A DNA stretch of 50,765 nt from a virus (taxonomy: Duplodnaviria; Caudoviricetes), in IMG/VR virus record IMGVR_UViG_3300032194_000056, positions 1 through 50,765 of that record; one strand, given 5' to 3'. The notes beneath the pieces are model-generated. The model was not told the origin of the DNA. It made no database searches and worked only from the letters and a program-made list of their open reading frames with translations. Position numbers and translations under genes: made by a program. Below are positions 44,525 to 50,765 of the stretch, one piece after another; position 1 is the first letter of the stretch, and each line of letters starts with the position of its first letter.

Positions 44525-46390
44525 TCAGAATTCGATGACTAACTTGATGTCCTCAATTTGGTCAGCAGCTCTAGTGATTAGTCTTCTGTTCTCAATATAT
44601 ATCAGGTCTCCAGAGTTGTTCTCAATCTCGGGATCTGCTAGACCATCGGTGAAGATAGCGCCTACAAGTTGGGTTCCATCTGCCAATGCAACCTCAACAG
44701 TTCCTTGAGAAGCAGAAGCAGCACCAGTGATAGCATTAGCAGCATCAGATGCGAAGTCTCTTACGATTCCATTAGCGTCTGTATGATACTCTGGACTCTG
44801 AATGTACTTCAGAACACCGCTACCAGGGGTAGAAGGTGTTGGAGTTGGAGATCCAGCGTCTAGGGTCCAAGAGACTACAGTGCCCTTTGCAGTGCCACCA
44901 GCAACGGTCTGGGAGATCATCTCATCTGGAGTAAAGTTTCCAGTTGCTCCAGTTAGTTTGACTGCCTTAAGACCAGATAGAGTGTCAGCGGTAGCGAAGG
45001 TGGTTGTGCCGTACTCAAGGGGATCCTTGATAATACCGATACGACGGAAGTCGTTATCTACAGGGAAGTCTCCTGCGTTCTCAACAAAGGTGAGACGAAT
45101 GTTCGTCATGACACGCTTTGCGTTGAGTTCAGTCTCGAAGTCAGAACCGTGACCGCCTTGAGGAGGGAGAATCACTTCAAGTGCTGCAGCAGATGTTGCT
45201 GCAACTGCTTGAGATACAGTTAGTGCTATATCAGTGAAAAGACCGATTGCTTCAGTGCTTCCAGCGGTTCCAGAAGCAACACCAGTTACAACAGGAACAG
45301 AAGCATAAGTGTATCCAGAACCTACTGCTTCAATTTCAGCAGCAGAGATAGCACCACCAGTAACAGTCAGTTTGACGATACCACCAGCACCATCTCCTAG
45401 GATAGGAGCATAGAAGGTGCCATTGGTAAGACCAGTGCCAGCATCTTTGATTAGTGCAACGTTGATAGAACCAGCAACTGCAGCAGTTTCAGTTGCAACT
45501 CTGCTGGTCTCTCCTGCTGCAGCAATAGGCATGAAGTCAGAAGAGAGGAATGCTAGTACATCATCGGTAGGCATAGTGTACATGTACTTCCAGATGTAAG
45601 AACCATCTGGAGCAGTAAAGATGCCATTAGCATATGTGCCAAGACCTGCAGAAGGAGTAGTCTTGGGTTCGTGAACTACGTTTACGCCAGTTGGGTTAGC
45701 AAGACTTTCGCCGTTGTAGAGGCACTTGAATACTTCGTAGTTCTGGTTCATTACATAGAACTTTGCAGAACTAATACCAGTCGCACCCGTAGCAGTAGAG
45801 ACGCCAATCTGTCCACCACCAGCTGGGGTAGCAGAATAGTTGGGTTTCCACATGTCAAACTTGGGATTGTTTGCTGTATCCCAGTTGTATCTTCTTACAA
45901 CAGAGCGTGCATAAGAAGAGGTGATTCTCTTCGCTGCAATAATGTCGTCGTAAACGCTGAATTTCTCGGTTTGGTTGTCAAGGGGTACAGGAGGAACGTT
46001 CTCCGTAGAATATCTGTAAACACCCGTGGTTGCGGTAACACCCGTATCTGCCGAACCATCGGACTCTTTCAATGCCGATCCCAAAGCAGGAGCAGCAGTT
46101 GGAAGAGGACCAACCGAAGTAATTAGTAAGCTATTGGGACAAACTTTTACGATAGTTCCCTTGAATGTAGCACTGCCAAGAGCAGCACCAACATATACCT
46201 GATTGCCAGCGGTGAAAGATCCGCCGTCTGTTGCATAAACTTCTAAATACGAGTCCCATGCTTGGGGTCTGCCGACAAAGAAGTACATACGACTTCTGTC
46301 AGCACCAGTATCGCTAGAACCCTCTGTTAGAGACTCTAGGAACTGCTTCGCATTGAAAATTCTAAACTTTTCCGAGATAATAGCAGCCAT
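44525..46390 (-). CDS. gp8: Baseplate wedge subunit gp8
   Basis: MAAIISEKFRIFNAKQF start, FKCLYNG, DGSYIWKYMYT and C-terminal YIENRRLITRAADQIEDIKLVIEF. Confidence 0.88.
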   Translation of the reverse strand: MAAIISEKFRIFNAKQFLESLTEGSSDTGADRSRMYFFVGRPQAWDSYLEVYATDGGSFTAGNQVYVGAALGSATFKGTIVKVCPNSLLITSVGPLPTAAPALGSALKESDGSADTGVTATTGVYRYSTENVPPVPLDNQTEKFSVYDDIIAAKRITSSYARSVVRRYNWDTANNPKFDMWKPNYSATPAGGGQIGVSTATGATGISSAKFYVMNQNYEVFKCLYNGESLANPTGVNVVHEPKTTPSAGLGTYANGIFTAPDGSYIWKYMYTMPTDDVLAFLSSDFMPIAAAGETSRVATETAAVAGSINVALIKDAGTGLTNGTFYAPILGDGAGGIVKLTVTGGAISAAEIEAVGSGYTYASVPVVTGVASGTAGSTEAIGLFTDIALTVSQAVAATSAAALEVILPPQGGHGSDFETELNAKRVMTNIRLTFVENAGDFPVDNDFRRIGIIKDPLEYGTTTFATADTLSGLKAVKLTGATGNFTPDEMISQTVAGGTAKGTVVSWTLDAGSPTPTPSTPGSGVLKYIQSPEYHTDANGIVRDFASDAANAITGAASASQGTVEVALADGTQLVGAIFTDGLADPEIENNSGDLIYIENRRLITRAADQIEDIKLVIEF

Positions 46391-46423
46391 TGAAATAAGA
46401 GATACGGGTGTGGATTTCTGTGT

Positions 46424-46437
46424 TATTTATATTTATA
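46424..46437 (-). promoter_or_regulatory. Overlapping tandem late promoters
   Basis: TATAAATA at 46424-46431 and 46430-46437. Confidence 0.75.
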
Positions 46438-46445
46438 CGGTGTTT

Positions 46446-49400
46446 TTAGAGAGTTGTCTCTAGACCGATAGTCCTGATAAATTGACCAGCAGAATGTGCT
46501 TCTGCTGTTGTGCCATCGACTCCCCTTGCAACACCGATCAAACGATCAGGTAACTTGGATGTATATGTTACAAGTTCTTTACCGACGAGCAGTTTGCCAC
46601 TGTCTGGGAAGTTAGTTGTATCGGGAATATAGACGACAGTAGATGATGTTGTCAGTGGAGCATCTAGATAAGACATCAACTCTTGAGAAGATGGAATACC
46701 AGGGTTGAATACTGTACCATCACTGGTTAGTGATGTGTTATTCAACAACATGTTTTCCATCCAAGTATCAACACCTTCACTGATACCCTTAAACTGTGTA
46801 TAAGTCAACTCCAGTTGCTCAAGAGAGATGCCAGATACATTTGCATATCCAGCATCCAAATACAGATAATCAAGGAAGGATGCAACTGTGCCACCTAGTT
46901 TTCCTTGAGTGTAGAAGTCAGCAAAGATTAGATTTGGATTCTCGTCCAGTGCAATAACACCAGAAGTAAAGTGTCTAGTCTTATCTGCTCTAAACTCACC
47001 ATATCCGATATTTTGTTCTTCGAGGAAGACTCTGATGAAAGTTGGTTGCTCAATAGCGGATGGGGTTTGAGTTGCAACAACATACTGAATATGTGTAATG
47101 ATGTCCTGTTCAAATGGGAATCCCATTCCAATTTCAGGAGTAACTAAATGCATTCCTCTGCTTACTAGTCTTCCACTTCCTAGAGGATTAGGAGATTGGA
47201 GAACAGCAATATGTTCAAATGGATTTCTTTGATATAGATCAATGACAGAAGATGTTGTTTGAATAGTTGCATTCAATCCTTCACCTTGACCACCAAAGAT
47301 TGTTCTGACAGCAGAGAACTCTGGGTGATTATTTTCACGGACAATATTATATCCTCTAGATACGACGACTCTTGGTGGAGCAGTATATCCAGAACCACCA
47401 TCGACCAGGATGATGTCGATGATTTGACCTCCATATACTAGAACTTGTGCTCTAGCACCACCACCTTCTCCATTAGTAGGAATGAAGTTCAATACTGGTG
47501 GACTGTTATAGTTGTATGCAGTAGGATTGATGAGAATATTATTATTGAAGAAATATGTGAGTTCTCTTCTATTCCAATCCAAGGAGATAACCTTACCAGT
47601 ATCAATATTTGCAGTGACAGATAGACCTTCTCCTAGAACATCACCGTTATAATCACTAGCAGCAACTTTAGCAAAGAAGTTAGCAGATGCTTGTCCACCC
47701 TTACGATAATCAGTTGCTTTAGCAAAAATTGGGGAACTCAAGATGTTGCGGTAAGATAGTTCACCATCAATTTGAATCTTATCTCCTCTACGAAGACTTG
47801 GATGCTCTTTTAGGATTTCTCCACGATAGTCATAACTATCAAATGCATCATCAGTAGGTAGGAAAGGAACATAGTTAGATTCAACTCTGTTTAGAATACG
47901 TTCGCCAGCAGCATTTGTTGTATATGCAATAGAATAGTCTGCGAAAGTAATTGTCAGTGGGTTGCCATCTCCTCTATCAAATGTGATATCAGATCCAGCG
48001 ATAAAGTCAATGTTTTGAGACTTCAGTGCAACAGTAAACTGGTTACCAGAACCAGGCTGAAGATCGATAATTTCGCCCCAAATTCTATCACCTTGTCTAA
48101 CAGTGGTCTTGTCAGATGTATTCAAGATATACCAAGAAGACAATGTGTCATAGGTTCCTGCACCATCAAAAGTCACAGTTGCTCTGTTATAGAAAACATC
48201 TGCTTCGTAATTAAAGAGGTTAAGGGTAGACTGATAATTCTTGCCATATAGGCGAAGAATATCTACTCTTGCACATGTGTAGGATCCATCTGCTTGTTCT
48301 GTATACTCCAATGGTTGCATGAAAGTAATCGCAGCACCATTGATCTTATACGATAGATTTTGTCTTTGTAGGACACCATCGACATAAACATAGACATATA
48401 ATGGATTGTCAATGTTTCTTACATTGTTGTTGGCATCATAGATGAGATACTGATTATTTTGAGTGAATGGAATTATTCTCTTGTCGATTCCAAGTCTTTC
48501 ATATAGACCCACACCAAATCCATAGAAATATGTCTCATTCTGTAGTTCTTGTGGAAAAGCATCAGCATCGTATAGGTCTTTGTAGTTTTTGGGTGCTTTA
48601 TCAAAAGCGATACGATCTGTTTTGTTTGGGCTTGAGAATCGTCTGATTTCATATGAACCTTGCTGCAATACTCCGTCGAGATATACAAACAAATCTTCGT
48701 TGACTTGTGTTTTTACGACACTGCCATCTTCCCAGTTGAGATCAAAGATTCTGGTTCTACCATCGAACGAATCTGCGATATTTTTCAGACGCTTAAGATA
48801 ACGTGCATTGTCTGTATCTTCTCTAAACTTGAATGCCCTGATATATGCTTTCTGGGGAGGAACTATTTGATCTTCAGTGACTCTTGGTCCAAGAGGTGCC
48901 TCGAAGAAAGTGAGTTGATTTCCTACAACCTTGAAAGAGTATCCTGGTCTCTGGGCAACACCATCAATAGTCATCAAGATTTCTTGTTCATTATATGGAG
49001 TGTATGCACTACCAGTTGCAGCATCGATAATAGTAAATTGTCTATTACCAATCTTCAATCCAGTCTGTGGATCGTAACGACCATCAAAAGCAGGGGATAG
49101 AGTCAACTCTCTAACTCTAGTGAGAGTCTCATCGAAGTCAGATACAGAAACAGATCCCTCACCTCTAGTAACTCTAGAATCCTGTACTTTGATTACCTGT
49201 TGCTGAATAGTTCTCTTTGTAGACAGAGAAGATACTGCAAGAGGAGGACCAACCAAATACATGGTGGACTTAAATGCCTTCTGATCAGATGGCATATCAG
49301 ATGTGCCCTCGGAGTCTAGATAGATCTCACCGAACATCTTGAATCCTGCGGGGTGAGTAGTGTCTTTAACTACATCACGCCATTGCTTGATTGGTGTTCT

Positions 49401-50765
49401 GGATCTAACCACATATGAATAGTCTTGATAGAAATCAGAGTCATGAATTCTCTGATTATTAGAACTTACTTTTCCTCTGTCAGACGTAAATCTGCCAATA
49501 GTTCTTTCTCTAGTTACAATATCTGTGGTAAACGAAGATCTATTGATTCTTTGGATACGAGCAGTCTTCTTTCTACTCTTTCCGATAATAGTGTCACCTT
49601 CTTTAAAGACACCAACAATATCTTGGAGACGCATGATATTAGATCCAATTCTCCAACCATCAGGAGCAATTACACCTTGAGCAACGATAATACCATTGAC
49701 TTTTTGTTCAATAGTTTCTCCAGGTCTAAATGCATCTAATTCAAAGTTGTCGAGAATAAGAACATCTGGCGTGTAATAATTTGATTTAATTGTTTGGTCG
49801 GTATGGAATCCAGATCCATTTGCAACAAAACTGATATTTTGTGGAATACCAATATCATTGGAATTGAAGAACAGCTTGTTATCAGTTTCAATAATTTCAA
49901 TAGATGGTGTAGTTGTGTAGTTGCCAGGTTCTAAAACTCTAACCTGGGTTACAATGCCATTTTCCAAATCAGCAACTGCTTTTAGACCACTTCCCAATCC
50001 AGAAGAAACAACAACTTCTGGTTTGGAATATTGTTGACCAGGTGATACAATATCGATGGAAATAATCTTATTTGTAGTTGCATCTCTCACAGCAGTAACA
50101 ACCGCTTTATATCCATCTGCAGGAACCACACCCTTAATAGTGGGCAGTTTCTCATATCCAGATCCAAGATTGTCAAGTTTGATCGAATGGATCTTACCAA
50201 CAGATCTACCTGTATAAGCAATATCGCCAGTTCCATCATATTGTGGAACATCTTGAAGTTTGTAGACAATTTTAGTGTCTGTGGTATATGCAACCTCTTT
50301 TCTACCTGCTAGAGGGTCGTCAATAATACGTAGATAAGATCCCTCGGTATCAGTTGTAGAAGAAGTCAAGAAATAGTAGTAACTCGTAAAGTTGACATCC
50401 TTTCTCTCCTGTTCTCCAATGTTTGCACCGTAACCAAGTCTGATTCTAACAAATGCTCCAGGATTTCCAGGTTCCGTCAAACCAACCTCTTTCTCTTCGG
50501 TAAAGACGTTAAAGTTTGGACTGGTGGAGATATCAAGGTAAGAGTTCAGCATCGAAGGATGACTGACATCAAACTTGTAGAAGTAATACTTCTGGATATC
50601 TACGATAGGATTAGTTAAGAAGCTGTTATTGTCTAGAGAGAACAATAATTTCTCACGAACATCACTTACATTACCAATCGTGACAATTTTTTCGGGGGTG
50701 CTATCATCAACAACAGAAGATACTGTAGTAAGAGGAACAGGAGCAGTTGCGTCGTAATCCCAGTT
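46446..50765 (-). CDS. gp7: Baseplate wedge initiator gp7-like protein (5' end outside window)
   Basis: The frame stays open past the track's TTG at 50645 to the window end. Motif DSDFYQDYSYVVRS...W...VK...HPAGFKMFG. Located immediately upstream of gp8. Confidence 0.78.
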   Translation of the reverse strand, partial: NWDYDATAPVPLTTVSSVVDDSTPEKIVTIGNVSDVREKLLFSLDNNSFLTNPIVDIQKYYFYKFDVSHPSMLNSYLDISTSPNFNVFTEEKEVGLTEPGNPGAFVRIRLGYGANIGEQERKDVNFTSYYYFLTSSTTDTEGSYLRIIDDPLAGRKEVAYTTDTKIVYKLQDVPQYDGTGDIAYTGRSVGKIHSIKLDNLGSGYEKLPTIKGVVPADGYKAVVTAVRDATTNKIISIDIVSPGQQYSKPEVVVSSGLGSGLKAVADLENGIVTQVRVLEPGNYTTTPSIEIIETDNKLFFNSNDIGIPQNISFVANGSGFHTDQTIKSNYYTPDVLILDNFELDAFRPGETIEQKVNGIIVAQGVIAPDGWRIGSNIMRLQDIVGVFKEGDTIIGKSRKKTARIQRINRSSFTTDIVTRERTIGRFTSDRGKVSSNNQRIHDSDFYQDYSYVVRSRTPIKQWRDVVKDTTHPAGFKMFGEIYLDSEGTSDMPSDQKAFKSTMYLVGPPLAVSSLSTKRTIQQQVIKVQDSRVTRGEGSVSVSDFDETLTRVRELTLSPAFDGRYDPQTGLKIGNRQFTIIDAATGSAYTPYNEQEILMTIDGVAQRPGYSFKVVGNQLTFFEAPLGPRVTEDQIVPPQKAYIRAFKFREDTDNARYLKRLKNIADSFDGRTRIFDLNWEDGSVVKTQVNEDLFVYLDGVLQQGSYEIRRFSSPNKTDRIAFDKAPKNYKDLYDADAFPQELQNETYFYGFGVGLYERLGIDKRIIPFTQNNQYLIYDANNNVRNIDNPLYVYVYVDGVLQRQNLSYKINGAAITFMQPLEYTEQADGSYTCARVDILRLYGKNYQSTLNLFNYEADVFYNRATVTFDGAGTYDTLSSWYILNTSDKTTVRQGDRIWGEIIDLQPGSGNQFTVALKSQNIDFIAGSDITFDRGDGNPLTITFADYSIAYTTNAAGERILNRVESNYVPFLPTDDAFDSYDYRGEILKEHPSLRRGDKIQIDGELSYRNILSSPIFAKATDYRKGGQASANFFAKVAASDYNGDVLGEGLSVTANIDTGKVISLDWNRRELTYFFNNNILINPTAYNYNSPPVLNFIPTNGEGGGARAQVLVYGGQIIDIILVDGGSGYTAPPRVVVSRGYNIVRENNHPEFSAVRTIFGGQGEGLNATIQTTSSVIDLYQRNPFEHIAVLQSPNPLGSGRLVSRGMHLVTPEIGMGFPFEQDIITHIQYVVATQTPSAIEQPTFIRVFLEEQNIGYGEFRADKTRHFTSGVIALDENPNLIFADFYTQGKLGGTVASFLDYLYLDAGYANVSGISLEQLELTYTQFKGISEGVDTWMENMLLNNTSLTSDGTVFNPGIPSSQELMSYLDAPLTTSSTVVYIPDTTNFPDSGKLLVGKELVTYTSKLPDRLIGVARGVDGTTAEAHSAGQFIRTIGLETTL

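Overview
The window is part of a large T4-like marine myophage genome, most similar in gene content to cyanomyoviruses. Nearly all genes lie on the minus strand, and many are preceded by T4-type late promoters (TATAAATA/ATAAATA). Reading right to left it holds baseplate wedge gp7 (truncated) and gp8, a 2703-aa VrlC-like structural protein, several fibre-like proteins, a subtilase, a 2128-aa nested-repeat protein, and a tailspike-like protein with carbohydrate-binding repeats. A very large structural gene runs off the left edge. Between these structural genes (about 6.1-15.8 kb) is the most interesting block. It has three paralogous glycine-rich, extremely cysteine-rich (25-35 Cys each) adhesin-like genes and a probable tail-fibre chaperone. 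These are followed by a prolyl-hydroxylase-type 2OG-Fe(II) oxygenase, a GT9-like heptosyltransferase, a NodU/CmcH carbamoyltransferase and a non-canonical ADP-heptose pathway (split HldE, minimal HAD phosphatase, a cupin where GmhA would be expected, and HldD on the opposite strand). I infer a phage-encoded (carbamoyl-)heptose modification system whose target may be the virion fibres/adhesins or the host surface. No rRNA, tRNA, CRISPR array or mobile element was recognised. All product calls come from motif recognition by eye, not from database searches.
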